A stretch of DNA of 63,867 bases, the filler included, from Octopus bimaculoides (taxonomy: Eukaryota): assembly GCF_001194135.2 (NCBI RefSeq). It is 9 parts of 8 records of this genome, joined end to end, with 100 filler letters (N's around TTAATTAATTAA, not from the genome) between each part and the next. Parts side by side here need not be neighbours in the genome. Positions count along the whole stretch, not along the records: positions 8,139 to 23,750 come from NC_068987.1; positions 23,851 to 30,063 come from NC_068989.1; 7 more parts are not named here. One strand, 5' to 3'. Under the pieces are notes generated by a model. That model was not told where the DNA came from, made no database searches, and saw only the letters and a program-made list of their open reading frames with translations. Position 1 is the first letter of the stretch; each line of letters opens with the position of its first letter. Below, one piece after another: positions 14,387-26,969 of the stretch. The position numbers were made by a program, and so were the translations under genes.

Positions 14387-15177
14387 AGGAAGTGGATGGA
14401 ATTTTGTGAATCAATGCTGGTGATGATAGAAGACGAACCTTCATTTCATATTTAATTTTTAGTGATGAAGTGACTTTTCACTTGAACAGCACAGTCAATC
14501 GTCACAATGTGTGTATTTGGGGAACAGAGCACCCACATGGAACAGTTGAGCATGAAAGAGATTCCTCTAAGGTGAACGTCTTCTGTGATGTGTCTCAGGA
14601 CAAGATTATGGCCCCTTTTTCTTTGGAGGAAACACTGTTACAGGATAAACCTATCTCAATATGATCCAAAACTGGCTCCAAAACATCATTGCAAGCAGGT
14701 TCACAAGACTTCATTTTTCAACAAGATGGAGCACCGCTCCATTGGAACTTGATGGTTCAAGCTTTTTTAAATGAAAAGTGCCCCAGTGATGGATTGGTTG
14801 GAAAGGAGCTCAAAACCTTGCTCTTTGTGCTTGGCTTGTGAGATCCTCAGACCTCAGCGTGTATGATTTTTAATTGTGGGGATATGTAAAAGATCATGTT
14901 TATGTTCCACTGTACTCACTAACCTCGATGACCTTAAACATCGAGTAGCAACAGCGGTCAACTCAGTGGATCATGATATAATGATGTGTCGGGGAGGAAT
15001 TCTCTTATCGCATTGATGTTGCCTGTATTGCAGGTGGTGGCCACATTGAACACTTGTAAGACAAGAAATGAAAATTGATTGTGAATAAATGCTTGTGACT
15101 TAGCAGGAGTTTTCTATTGCTTTTCCTTATTAAAATATTGTGTAATGAAATCAGTTCATTCATTTTTAATAACCCTG
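14387..15177 (+). mobile_element. Tc1/mariner-family transposase relic, 3' half with right TIR
   Basis: FSDEVTFHLNSTVNRHNVCIWG, DSSKVNVFC, FQQDGAPLHW and decayed SPDL/LWGYVKD motifs; ends AACCCTG-TA at 15177. Confidence 0.85.
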
Positions 15178-15180
15178 TAT

Positions 15181-15277
<97 letters not shown>

Positions 15278-16009
15278 NNNNNNNNNNNNNNNNNNNNNNN
15301 NNNNNNNNNNNNNNNNNNNNNNNNNNNNNNNNNNNNNNNNNNNNNNNNNNNNNNNNNNNNNNNNNNNNNNNNNNNNNNNNNNNNNNNNNNNNNNNNNNNN
15401 NNNNNNNNNNNNNNNNNNNNNNNNNNNNNACACACACACATGCACACATACACATGCACACACATATGAGATATGTGTTTCTAAGATTCTGGACTTAGCA
15501 ATTGTTCTTGAATATTTTATTGGCTATTACTTCCTCATAAGAACATGTTTGCTCAAACATGTTTGATCAGGGTTAACAAAACAGCAAATAACAAACAGAA
15601 TAACATAAAACTTTAAACACAAATTGTTTAAAACAAAAGAAAAGAGAAAGAGGTGAGCAGTGATGTCATGATGTCATGGTTATTTGGAATAAATAGCTAA
15701 CATTACTTGTGTCAATCATTCTAACTGGAATTACAGCTTACATATCACCAGGCAAAGTGGTTACCAAGCACACACACACACACACACACACGAGTATGCA
15801 GCCACATACACATGCACAAGTGCCAGTGTGCACATACATGCACACACATACACAATACTTGCCACTGAACTGATAAGCTAACTTTCCATCCTAAACATGT
15901 TGCTGCTGAAATTTAAGTTTGTCCACACTTCTGACAGTTCTATAAAGCAGTTCTACTTCAACACAAATCTCCACTTATCCCCCACCCCCACATCATTCCA
16001 TATCATACG

Positions 16010-17513
16010 AGACTTGTAAACATTTATCTCAGTAACCCTATTAGAGAGTGGCTTGACCTACATGATTGATCAGGTTGCTAGAAGCAACAGAGCAATTCAA
16101 GACAGGCTGCCCTTGGAAGCTCCCCTATGTTGATGACCTTGATGTAATAGCTGAATCACTACCAGAACTAGAGAAGTTTCAGGTGTGGAAGCAAGGTCTA
16201 GAATTGGGGGCCTTAGAATCAATCTAGCAAAAACCAAAATCTTAGTAAGTAGGAAGACAGACAAATCACAAATTCCTCAGGTAGATGGCCCTGCTCGATC
16301 TGTAGAAAAGGTATAGGTAGAAATTCCATAAGATGTACCCAGTGTAACTTATGGACACATAAGAGGTGCAGCAATATCAAAGGAAGTTTAACTGAGAAGA
16401 TAGTTTTTCAGTATGGCAGATGCACAGGGGCAATAAACACTGAAGATGTACAGTAAACAGATTCCATCAAATGCCAGGGGGTAAAACTAGAATAAGTCGA
16501 TAGCTTCTGTTACCTAGGTGACCAAGTCAATAGCAGGGTTGAATGCTCTGAGAGCATAGCTGCCAGAATAAGAATAGCCTGGGCTAAGTTCAGAGAGATC
16601 CTACCTCTGCTGGTGACAAAGGGCCTCTCACTCAGAGTGAAAGGTAGACTGTATGATGCATGTATGTGAACAGCCATGTTACACAGCAGTGAAACATGGG
16701 CTGTGACTGCTGTGGACATGCGTAGGTTTGAAAGAAATGAAGCTAGTATGCTCTGCTGGATGTGTAATGTCAGTGTGCATATATGACAGAGTGTAAGTGC
16801 CCTGAGAGACAAGTTGGATATAAGAAGCATCAGATGTGGTGTGCAAGAGAGACAGCTGTGCTGGTATAGTCATGTGTTGTGTAAGGATGAGGACAGTGTC
16901 ACACCCTAACAGTGAAAAGAACCTATGGAAGAGGTAGACCCAGGAAGACATGGGATGAGTTGCTGAAGCACAACCTTCGAATGTTGGGCCACACAAAGGC
17001 AATACTAAGCGACCAAGACCTCTGGAGGTATGCTGTAATTGAGAAGACCTGGCAAGCCAAGTGAGATCGTAGCCGTGGCTGATGTCACATTCCCAGCCCA
17101 TTTAAAAGTACCCGTCAATCATTGGGCAATATGCTGTGCTTGAGAAGACCTATTGAGTCAAGTGAAATCATAATCATGGCTGATGCCAGTGCCACCTCAC
17201 TGGTACCCATGCTGGTGGCATGTAAAAAGCACCATTTGAACATGGTTGATGACAGTGTCGCCTGACTGGCTCCTGTGCTGGTGGCATGTAAAAAGCACCA
17301 TTCGAGCTTAGTCGATGTTAGTGCTGTCTGACTGCTCCCCCCCCACCCATGTCAGTGCACATAAAAAGCAGCCACTACACTCTTGGAGTGGTTGGAATTA
17401 GGAAGGACATCCAGCTTTAGAAACCTTGCCAGATCAGATTGGCGCCTGTTGCAGCCACCTGCCTTGACAGTCTTCAATCAAGTGGACGTTAAACGATGAT
17501 GATGATGATGATG
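16010..17513 (+). mobile_element. RTE-clade LINE 3' fragment (RT end, zinc-finger-like CSICRK, 3' UTR, (GAT)n tail)
   Basis: Decayed LYADDL region (ctatgttgatgacctt), INLAKTKILV, WPCSICRKG, RGRPRKTWDE; tail gacgttaaac(gat)n. Confidence 0.85.
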
Positions 17514-17563
17514 GTGATACATATGTGTGTGTGTGTATGTGTGTGTATAAATATATATATATG

Positions 17564-18454
17564 CAGGGTATGGTGAACATATTGTCATCTAAGTTACACA
17601 AAAATGAAAATAACACTGACATCTCATTTGAACATACATTTACCAAAATTGCATAAAAAATATCTTGAAATACTAAAGAGTCAATTTATTCAATATAATC
17701 GCCATGGCTTCAACCACGGCCTCCAGATGACTTCGGAATTTCTTGCAACTCTTCTGAATAGTCTCCTTATTTAAGTTAGTGAATGCTACTATAATCCTTG
17801 CTCTCAGTTCATCTTTGGTGTTACAAGGAGTTTTGTTGGTCGCTCACTCAACTGTGCCCCACACATAATAATAAAGAGGATTGCAGTCTGGGGAGTTGAT
17901 AGGTGGCCAGATGTTAGGCGTAATGTGGTCGCAGAAAATGTCTGACAGCCATGACTGGGTTCTCCTACTTGTGTGATATGGTGCAGAGTCCTGTTGCCAA
18001 ACATAGGGTCTTCCAGCAGCCATCCTCTTAACTCAGGGCAGTACTACCTCCTCCAGGCACTTGATGTAGGCCTCTGTGTTGAATCTGGGGCTGTGTGGAA
18101 AAATGAATGAAGGTATAACGTTTCCAACACTAGTGATCGCTCCAAACACCATGATGTTGACTGGATGTTTGATTTTTATCACTCTCGGTACATGTTTTGG
18201 GGAAACAGCAGCAAGCTAACAGTTGTTCTGTGTGTTCACCAGCTACTGATATTGGAACTTCTGATGTGAATGACAAGCAGTACATCATGTCGTTTCCAAA
18301 TTTCTCGCAGAGTGAATTGCATCATGGTGTTGTTTTTCTCAGACAGTGCCCAACTGCCCCTACTATACTGTGTAGTCAACAAAATCAAAAACAGATAATG
18401 TGCATGTGCAAAATTAAACATATAAAATGGCGTCAATTTACCTATCACACCCTG
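17564..18454 (-). mobile_element. Internally deleted Tc1/mariner (maT/DD37D-like) element
   Basis: Termini CAGGGT...ACCCTG-TA; minus strand EAYIKCLEEVVLP, YVWQQDSAPYHTS, WPP..SPDCNPL..YVWGTVE. Confidence 0.85.
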
Positions 18455-18770
18455 TATTTTTGTATGTATATTTGTATGTATGCATGTATCTATCTATCTA
18501 CCTATCTATATATATATATGTTTCTGTGTGTTTGTGTGTATTTAGTCATCATTAATTGTGACTGTAGTGCTTCAAGTACATATATTGCTAGAAATAAGAG
18601 TTAAACCACTTATAGCTGCATAAAAGCACATTTATATCTACTGTCAGAATAGATAACTGCCCCACGATTGAAGCAAAGCTAAAGCACTGGACTGCACAGT
18701 TTCATCCTGATGGAAATTATCAACAGTGTGCTCAGCTGCCCACACTAATTTTATGTGCCACCAGAGGGAT

Positions 18771-18833
18771 CAATATTATTGTTTAAAGGCATGAAATTGC
18801 ATTGATTCTTCGGCCAATAACTGATGAGGATTT
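18771..18833 (+). ncRNA. Second candidate permuted hammerhead motif
   Basis: CAAT-A-TTATTG-11 nt-GAAATTG-15 nt-CAATAA-CTGATGA: 4-bp stem III, 6-bp stem I, same strand order as 30809-30870, stem II weak. Confidence 0.45.
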
Positions 18834-18929
18834 GGTAACCTTCTGTGTCTGTTTTCCATTTGTTTGTGCATTTATCATATATTTTTTAACAGTTATAAAT
18901 TGTAAAATATAACTGTGAACACTACTACA

Positions 18930-18974
18930 TGAACCTGAAGACTGCATAGTTTAATGCATGAAAGTACTAGTTCA
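18930..18974 (+). ncRNA. Minimal type I hammerhead motif with palindromic stem III (dimer type)
   Basis: TGAAC-CTGAAGA-C-TGCA-tagtttaa-TGCA-T-GAAA-GTAC-TA-GTTCA: 5-bp stem I, 4-bp stem II over a C/U mismatch, palindrome AGTACT, triplet CUA. Confidence 0.65.
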
Positions 18975-19087
18975 GTCAGAATGGACAATTAATATTCTAT
19001 CATTTCATTCTATGATATTATCTTATATGATATTATTATAAGATTGTAAATAAAATGCGAAAATCACAGTTGGAATTTCTTTGAGTA

Positions 19088-19826
19088 ATCATCATCATCG
19101 TTTAACGTCTGTTTTCCATGCTAGCATGGGTTGAACGATTTGACTGAGGACTGGTGAACCAGATGGCTGCACCAGGTTCCAATCTGATCTGGCAGAGTTT
19201 CTACAGCTGGATGCCCTTCCTAACACCAACCACTCCGAGAGTGTAGTGTGTGCTTTTACATGCCACCGGCACAAGGGCCAGTTGTGTAGTACTGGCAACG
19301 GCCACACTCAAATGGTGTTTTTTACATGCCACTTGCACAGGAGCTAGTCCAGCAGCACTGGCAATGACCTCGCTCAAATGTTTTTTTCACGTGCCACCGC
19401 ACAAGTGCCAGTAAGGCAACACTGGTAACGATCACACTCGAATGGTGCTTTTTATGAGCCACCGGCACAGAAATCAGTCAGCTGCTCTGGCAATGATCAT
19501 GCTCAGATGGTGCTCTTAGCGCTCCACTAGCACGGATACCAGTCATTGAATTTGATTTCGATTTCACTTGCCTCAACAGGTCTTCGCAAGCAGAGTTTAG
19601 TGTCCAATGAAGGAACAGTACACATAAGTGGGCTGGTTACACTCCTGGCATAGGCCACGGGTTATGGTCTCACTTGGCTTGCTGGGTCATCTCACGCACA
19701 GCGTATTTCCAAAGGTCTCAGTCATTAGTCATTGCTTTCGTGAGGCCTAATGTTCAAAGGTCGTGTTTCACAACCTCATCCCAGGTCTTCCTGGGTCTAC
19801 CTCTCCCACAGGTTCACTCAACTGCT
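19088..19826 (-). mobile_element. RTE-clade LINE 3' end, reverse orientation
   Basis: (CAT)n-cgtttaacgtc tail complement; multiple gccaccggcac sub-repeats; ends in the complement of RGRPRKTWDE. Confidence 0.8.
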
Positions 19827-19841
19827 ATGGTGTGGCAGTTT

Positions 19842-20320
19842 TATAATGTGTTTGCGAGAGTTCAGCTCCCGGACGAACCCCTAATTTGTTACGATCAGAC
19901 AAATTAATAATGTAAGAAAAGGGGTAAACTTCTGATCGTAACAACAAAGTGTTCAAACAGGGAAGTAAATGTTCATATATGGAGATTATGTCTAGTCTCA
20001 ATGGTTTCAAAGTAGGTGGTGAACGGTCCAACCCATATGCAGCTCCGTCTCACGTTCTGGTTCTATCCGCGCCAAGCTCCAGCTGTCTTCCCCACTCCCC
20101 TTTTTAACAGGAAGTACGAGATTACCTGCCTTGCTCCTTAACAGGAAGTGAATGAGGTTACCTGTCTCGTACTATGCTAACTTCCTGTATATATATTCGG
20201 TTATTCATACCAACGTTATTTAACTTCTGCCAAACGGTCGTTGACAAACGTTTATCTCGCCACCTTCGGAAAATATAGGGTAATTTCTCACCCTTCATTA
20301 TCTCATAGGTATACATTACA
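19842..20320. mobile_element. Possible solo LTR
   Basis: Near-inverted termini T(A)TAATG...CATTACA; higher-complexity interior with duplicated ttaacaggaagt; no TSD found. Confidence 0.35.
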
Positions 20321-20323
20321 ATA

Positions 20324-20355
<32 letters not shown>

Positions 20356-20896
20356 TGCCCTGATGCTCATGACTTCTCATGGCTTCTCATCTTAACTGAT
20401 TGGAAGTGTTATCATGTATATGCATTGTCTTGGTATAAAAGATGGACTACTGCAAATATTCTGCTCAATATCACAGATTTGCTTGTCAGTTTTTTTACCT
20501 TAACCAGTTGAGCATGTTCTTTCATGGCTGACGATATGTGCATCTCTGAACAAGAGCAGAAGTAATGGGAGAGCATCATTGCCATGTGTTGAGAGGAATT
20601 CTTGGGGCTTTGAATAATTCACCTCTGGAAATATTGGTGTTTCGTTAAACACCCTTAAACAACCCTTATTCAGGGACCTTTTAAGTTGGACGAGCTACTC
20701 AACCTGAAGAAAACTCTAGCTGGGCCCCACCTGCAAGGTCATGCACTGTTTATCTTAAGAGATCACCATGTCATGCACATATCTGTGGTGCATGTGCCTG
20801 GTGTACTTTTATCAGATGAGTAGTTATGACAAGTATACTGGACTTCGTATGTTTTATCCTAGTTTCACTTTGACAGCATACACTGCTCTCCCACTC

Positions 20897-20946
<50 letters not shown>

Positions 20947-21521
20947 TAATAATAATGATAATTTCTTCTATTATAAGCACAAGGCCTGAAATTTTATAGA
21001 AGGGAATAGTTGATTACATTGGCCCCAATACTCAGCTGATACTTATTTTATTGACCCCCTAAAGAATGAAAGGTAAAGTTGGCCTCGGGAATTTGGACCC
21101 AAAGCATAAAGACAGGTGAAATGCCACTAAGCATTTTGCCTGGTGTGCTAACGATTCTGTCAGATCACCATCTTAATGATGATAATAATAATAATAATTA
21201 TTGTTATTGTTATCATTATTATTATGATTATTATGATCCTTTCTACTGTAGACACAAGGCTTGAAATTTAGTGGGGAGGGGAAAGTTGATTATATTGACC
21301 TCAATACAGAACTTGTACTTAAGTTATTGACCCCCCACCCACCCACTCACCTGAAAGAATGAAAGGCAAAGTCGACCTTGGCAGAATTTGAACCCAAAAT
21401 GTAAAGAGAGATGAAATGCTGCTAAGCAATTTACCTGGCATGCTAATGATTCTGCCAGCTCACCATCTTGATGATGATGATAATTAATGGTAAAATATGA
21501 AAATAATGATAGGCCATATAA

Positions 21522-22280
21522 GTATTAAGATATTCTGCTCCTCTTCTAAAACAGACAAAGATAGAGCTACAGAACTTAGATAAAAGAATTAGGAATCTGC
21601 TCACAATGCTCGACACATACCACCCTAAAAGTAATATCAGAAGACTCTACCTGCAAAGAAAGGAGGCAGATGAGTGTTAAACGCAAATGACACTGTTAGT
21701 GCTGCTCTATTCATCATCATCATCATCATCGTTTAACTTCCGCTTTCCATGCTAGCATGGGTTGGACGATTTGACTAAGGACTGGTGAACCAGATAGCTA
21801 CACCAGGCTCCAATCTGATTTGGCAGAGTTTCTACAGCTGGATGCCCTTCCTAACGCCAACCACTCCGAGAGTGTAGTGGGTGCTTTTACGTGCCACCGG
21901 CACGAAGGCCAGTCAGGCGGTACTGGCAACGGCCACGCTCCAAATGGTGTATTTTACGTGCCACCCGCACAAGAGCCAGTCCAGGGGCACTGGCAACGAT
22001 CTTGCTTGAAAGTCCTTACACATGCCACGGGCGCAAGTGCCAGAAAGGCGACGCTGGGCACAGGTGCCATCACGATTTTGCTTTCGCTTGCCCCAACAGG
22101 TCTTCGCAATGCGTTGGATGTAATGAAAAATACTATGGTGGCTAGAAATGGCCAAAAAGTTAATGAAAGACTAGGAGAATTCAAGAATAGAACAACTGAG
22201 CAAATAGCTGAAAGAAGAAAGAATTACATGGTCAATTCATGCAACAAACGAAGGATGTTGGAATCAAAGAATGCTGTTTA
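21522..22280 (+). mobile_element. R4/Dong-like (restriction-endonuclease-type) LINE relic split by an RTE insertion
   Basis: 21522-21665 reads VLRYSAPLLKQTKIELQNLDKRIRNLLTMLDTYHPKSNIRRLYLQRKE, matching the LDRKTRKLLTM..HHPKADVDRLYLPRKEGGRG post-RT motif; coding-like sequence resumes after 22110. Confidence 0.65.
21711..22108 (-). mobile_element. RTE 3' UTR fragment, reverse orientation
   Basis: Colinear with 19088-19590; inserted inside the R4/Dong-like relic. Confidence 0.8.
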
Positions 22281-22409
22281 GGGCTGATGAACAGAAATCT
22301 GAAATGAGATGTGCTCAAGCACATTTTTAAAAATAGGAGCCTTTTATAAAATATAGAATCATATAATTATATATAAAATATACAATTAACACCAAACCTG
22401 TACAGATAA

Positions 22410-23317
22410 TAGACTCCATCAAATGCCAGGGGGAAAACTAATTGATAGCTTCCATTACCTTGGTGACCAAGTCAGTAGCCTAGGTGGATGCAAAAGCTTG
22501 GAAGAAATTAAGCTAGTATGCACATTTTGTCAGTGTGCATGTATGACAGTATAAGCATCTTGAGAGAAAAGTTGGGCATAAGAAGCATCGGATGTGGTGT
22601 GCAAGAGAGACGAATGCACTGGTATGGTCATGTGATGTGTATGGCCAAGGACAGCTGTGTGAAGAAGTGCCACTCTATAACTGTGGAGGGAACCTGTGGA
22701 AGAGGTAGACCCAGGAAGATATGGGATGAGGTGGTGAAGCATGATCTTCAAACGTTGGGCCTTATGGAAGCAATGACAAGTGACCAAGACCTTTGGTTAT
22801 ATGCCATGCTTGAGAAGACCCATCAAGCCAAGTGAAATTGCAGTCATGGCTGATGCCAAGGCTGCTTAACTGGCCTTCGTGCTGGTGGTACGTTAAAATC
22901 GCTCTTCGAATGTTGGGTGATATGCTGCACTTGAGAAGACCCATCAAGCCAAGTGAAATCATAGTCATGGCCAATGTCAGTGTTGCTTAACTGGCACCCA
23001 TACCGATGGCATGTGAAAACACGCTTCAAACTTTGGGCCTCACAGAGGCAGTGGCAAGTGACCAAGACCTTTGGCAATACACTGTGCTTGAGAAGACCTG
23101 TCAAACCAAGTGAAATCATAGTTGTGGCCAATGCTAGTGTTCTGTAACTGGCACTTGTGCTGGTAGAATGTAGAAAGCACTCACTACACTCTTGGAGTGG
23201 TCGGCATTAGGAAGGGCATCCATGCCAAATCAGATTGGAACCTAGTGCAGCATCCCAGCTTACCAGTTTCTGTCAAACTGTCCAACCTATGAAAAACAGA
23301 TGTTAAATGATGATGAT
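22410..23317 (+). mobile_element. RTE-clade LINE 3' fragment with triplicated 3' module
   Basis: ORF 22518-22835 LREKLGIRSIGCGVQERRMHWYGHV...RGRPRKIWDEVVKHDL; cttgagaagacc recurs at about 22809, 22930 and 23087; (GAT)n tail. Confidence 0.85.
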
Positions 23318-23869
23318 AATCAATGAGTTACAGATTGTTTGGTATATGTCATGGCACCTTTTTTTATGTGCTCTCTCCCTCTAACTTTAGAACCTGGCTA
23401 TGCTCCTGACTGTAACCCTCAAATCACTGTAGCTCCTCACCTAATAAATGCATAATACTCTAGTTTAGGTTTTGAGTTCTATTTCTCCTATCTGTAAAAC
23501 CAAATACACATGCATGCATGCACACGCAGTGACCCACACACATACATATACATATGTATTATGCATACTAGCAGAAAGACCGCCCTCATAATATTCCTTT
23601 TTTAAGTAAACATCAAGGTAGTTCAACTATAGAGGTTGGGCAGCAGTTTGTCAAGTTTTACCTTCCCCTCAAAGCAACATAGAGATTTCAATTCAGCATC
23701 TGTATGCTTTACAATGTGTGTGTGTGAGAGGGAGGGAGAGAGAGAGAGAGNNNNNNNNNNNNNNNNNNNNNNNNNNNNNNNNNNNNNNNNNNNNTTAATT
23801 AATTAANNNNNNNNNNNNNNNNNNNNNNNNNNNNNNNNNNNNNNNNNNNNATATATATGTGTCTGTCTT

Positions 23870-24470
23870 TGTATGAGTGTATGAGCTGCACACAAGTGTA
23901 CAAGTGGTTCAGATGTTACCAAGATGACCAGAAAAATGTCGATATTGAGGAATGTTCTGGGAGACCTGAAACCAGAAAAATTGAGAAAAAACATTGCAGA
24001 TGTCTCTGCTGCTGTGAGGGAAATCGTCGAATCACCATCCATGAGTTATCAGAGAATGTGCAGATAAGTTATGGTTCAGTTCAGTCCATTATCACTGAAG
24101 ATTTGAGTATGAGACGCGTGTCTGCCAAATTTGTGACCAAAAGGACACTCGGGTTTCGGTTGCAGAGGATCTCTTTGATTGTGTCGAAAACGATGGAAAC
24201 GTTTTGAAAACTTTGCGAAGTCCTCTGAGCAGGTATCGCTAAGCTTTTGATAAGATTTGATGCAGATTCTCTGCTCAACTTTCTCTGTCTTCGTCAATGC
24301 GACGAACACACGCTACACACGCTACACACGTTCCTTTCAAGCACTGCTGTAAACGTTAAAACTTAGCAGAGTCCAAGCTCAATTCGTACCAAGCGGTTTC
24401 TCTCTGTATGCTTTAGCTTCATTACTATGGTAACAGTCCGGATACTTATTGACCAGGCCAGATTCTGTAT
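23870..24470 (+). mobile_element. Mariner relic (HTH region plus 3' end)
   Basis: VYKWFRCYQ...CSGRPET, RRITIHELSENVQISYGSVQSIITEDLSMRRVSAKFV; mariner-like 3' end gtccggatacttattgaccag. Confidence 0.8.
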
Positions 24471-24485
24471 GAATCTATTTATGTA

Positions 24486-24528
<43 letters not shown>

Positions 24529-24529
24529 T

Positions 24530-24572
<43 letters not shown>

Positions 24573-26399
24573 CGCATCAGCATTGACATTTATATATTAT
24601 ATTAATCATATACATATGAGCCTCTGTGTGTGTATGTGTGCGCATGTTTGTAACTGAACGTGTGTGTGGATGCATGTGTGCGTATGTATGTATGTGCATC
24701 TCTCAAAACAGACAGCCATGCATACATACGCATACATACACAGAGCCACTATCAATACAATCATAAATACATATGTATATATACACACACACAACACACA
24801 TATAGCGACTAAAGGGAAACTGCGAGTAGCAGAGATGTAAATCAGGAAAACCAGAATATCAGGAAATCAGAGACGAGATGAGTCGGACAGAGGAAGGTGG
24901 GGGGGNNNNNNNNNNNNNNNNNNNNNNNNNNNNNNNNNNNNNNNNNNNNNNNNNNNNNNNNNNNNNNNNNNNNNNNNNNNNNNNNNNNNNNNNNNNNNNN
25001 NNNNNNNNNNNNNNNNNNNNNNNNNNNNNNNNNNNNNNNNNNNNNNNNNNNNNNNNNNNNNNNNNNNNNNNNNNNNNNNNNNNNNNNNNNNNNNNNNNNN
25101 NNNNNNNNNNNNNNNNNNNNNNNNNNNNNNNNNNNNNNNNNNNNNNNNNNNNNNNNNNNNNNNNNNNNNNNNNNNNNNNNNNNNNNNNNNNNNNNNNNNN
25201 NNNNNNNNNNNNNNNNNNNNNNNNNNNNNNNNNNNNNNNNNNNNNNNNNNNNNNNNNNNNNNNNNNNNNNNNNNNNNNNNNNNNNNNNNNNNNNNNNNNN
25301 NNNNNNNNNNNNNNNNNNNNNNNNNNNNNNNNNNNNNNNNNNNNNNNNNNNNNNNNNNNNNNNNNNNNNNNNNNNNNNNNNNNNNNNNNNNNNNNNNNNN
25401 NNNNNNNNNNNNNNNNNNNNNNNNNNNNNNNNNNNNNNNNNNNNNNNNNNNNNNNNNNNNNNNNNNNNNNNNNNNNNNNNNNNNNNNNNNNNNNNNNNNN
25501 NNNNNNNNNNNNNNNNNNNNNNNNNNNNNNNNNNNNNNNNNNNNNNNNNNNNNNNNNNNNNNNNNNNNNNNNNNNNNNNNNNNNNNNNNNNNNNNNNNNN
25601 NNNNNNNNNNNNNNNNNNNNNNNNNNNNNNNNNNNNNNNNNNNNNNNNNNNNNNNNNNNNNNNNNNNNNNNNNNNNNNNNNNNNNNNNNNNNNNNNNNNN
25701 NNNNNNNNNNNNNNNNNNNNNNNNNNNNNNNNNNNNNNNNNNNNNNNNNNNNNNNNNNNNNNNNNNNNNNNNNNNNNNNNNNNNNNNNNNNNNNNNNNNN
25801 NNNNNNNNNNNNNNNNNNNNNNNNNNNNNNNNNNNNNNNNNNNNNNNNNNNNNNNNNNNNNNNNNNTATATATAAACATTCATGCTTATACAATATATAC
25901 ATATATATCTCTATATTTATTCAGACACAGACATGTATACATCTGTGTACATATATATATGCACATGCATATATAATTACTTATATATGTATATAATCTG
26001 ATATATATATATGTATGTATGTATACATACATGTGTAAATATATATGTGTATGCACACATACATACGCATATATATATATATATACATATATATATGAAT
26101 GTATGTATATATATATATATATATGTGTATGTGTGTGTGTGTATGTGCATATGTATGGGTACACAAATACACACAAACGCACACTTCCGACGCTGCCGTC
26201 ATCAATGCATAATGAAGATTACGCACGAAAGTTTACAATTATTGCCAGCAATTGTGAAGAGTCACTTCCTCGCCTTCCTCTGTTTCGCCCTCTTTTCCTC
26301 GGCCCAGACCAAGGGTTTCTATGCGACGTTTCCTTGGGGGGGGGGGGGCATCGTATAGAAAGCGCTGCTCTGTTATCAAAATATCATTTAAGGATGTAG

Positions 26400-26722
26400 A
26401 AAATCTATGGGCGTGGCTGTGTGGTTTGATTCCCAAGTACATGGTTCCGGGTTCAATCGGGCTGCGCGTTGTGTTCTTGAGCAAGACCCTTTATTTCACA
26501 TTGCTCCAATTCACTCAGCTGTAGAAATGAGTTGTGACATCACTGGGGTCAAGCTGTATCGGCCCCTTCGCCTTTCCCTTGGATAATTTCAGTTGTGTGA
26601 AGAGGGGAGGCTGGTATGCATGGGCGACTGCTGGTCTTCCATAAACTATCTTGCTCGGACTTGTGCCTGGGAGGGTAACTTTCTACGTGCAATCCCATGG
26701 TCAGTCATGACCGAAAGGGGTT
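26400..26722 (+). mobile_element. tRNA-derived SINE, family D
   Basis: tRNA-like head then gtgttcttgagcaag...atttcacattgctccaattcactcagctg, shared with 6467-6710 and 34203-34318. Confidence 0.7.
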
Positions 26723-26922
26723 TCAGCATATATTTTTGTTAGTCCTAGTGTTTTTGTTATGTATTTGTCTGAATTTTTTTTATTATACCTAATGCGCCCA
26801 CTATGATAGGAATTGTTTCTGTTTTTAGACTCTACATTCGAGTTACCTCTATTTCCAGGTCTTTGTATTTTGAAAGTTTCTCCATTTCTTTTAGAGAAAC
26901 GTTGTCATCTGTTGGTGTTGTT

Positions 26923-26969
<47 letters not shown>

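Noticed and set aside
22283-22320. CTGATGA-acagaaatct-GAAA
   Set aside because: No valid stem II register, UH triplet or stem I.
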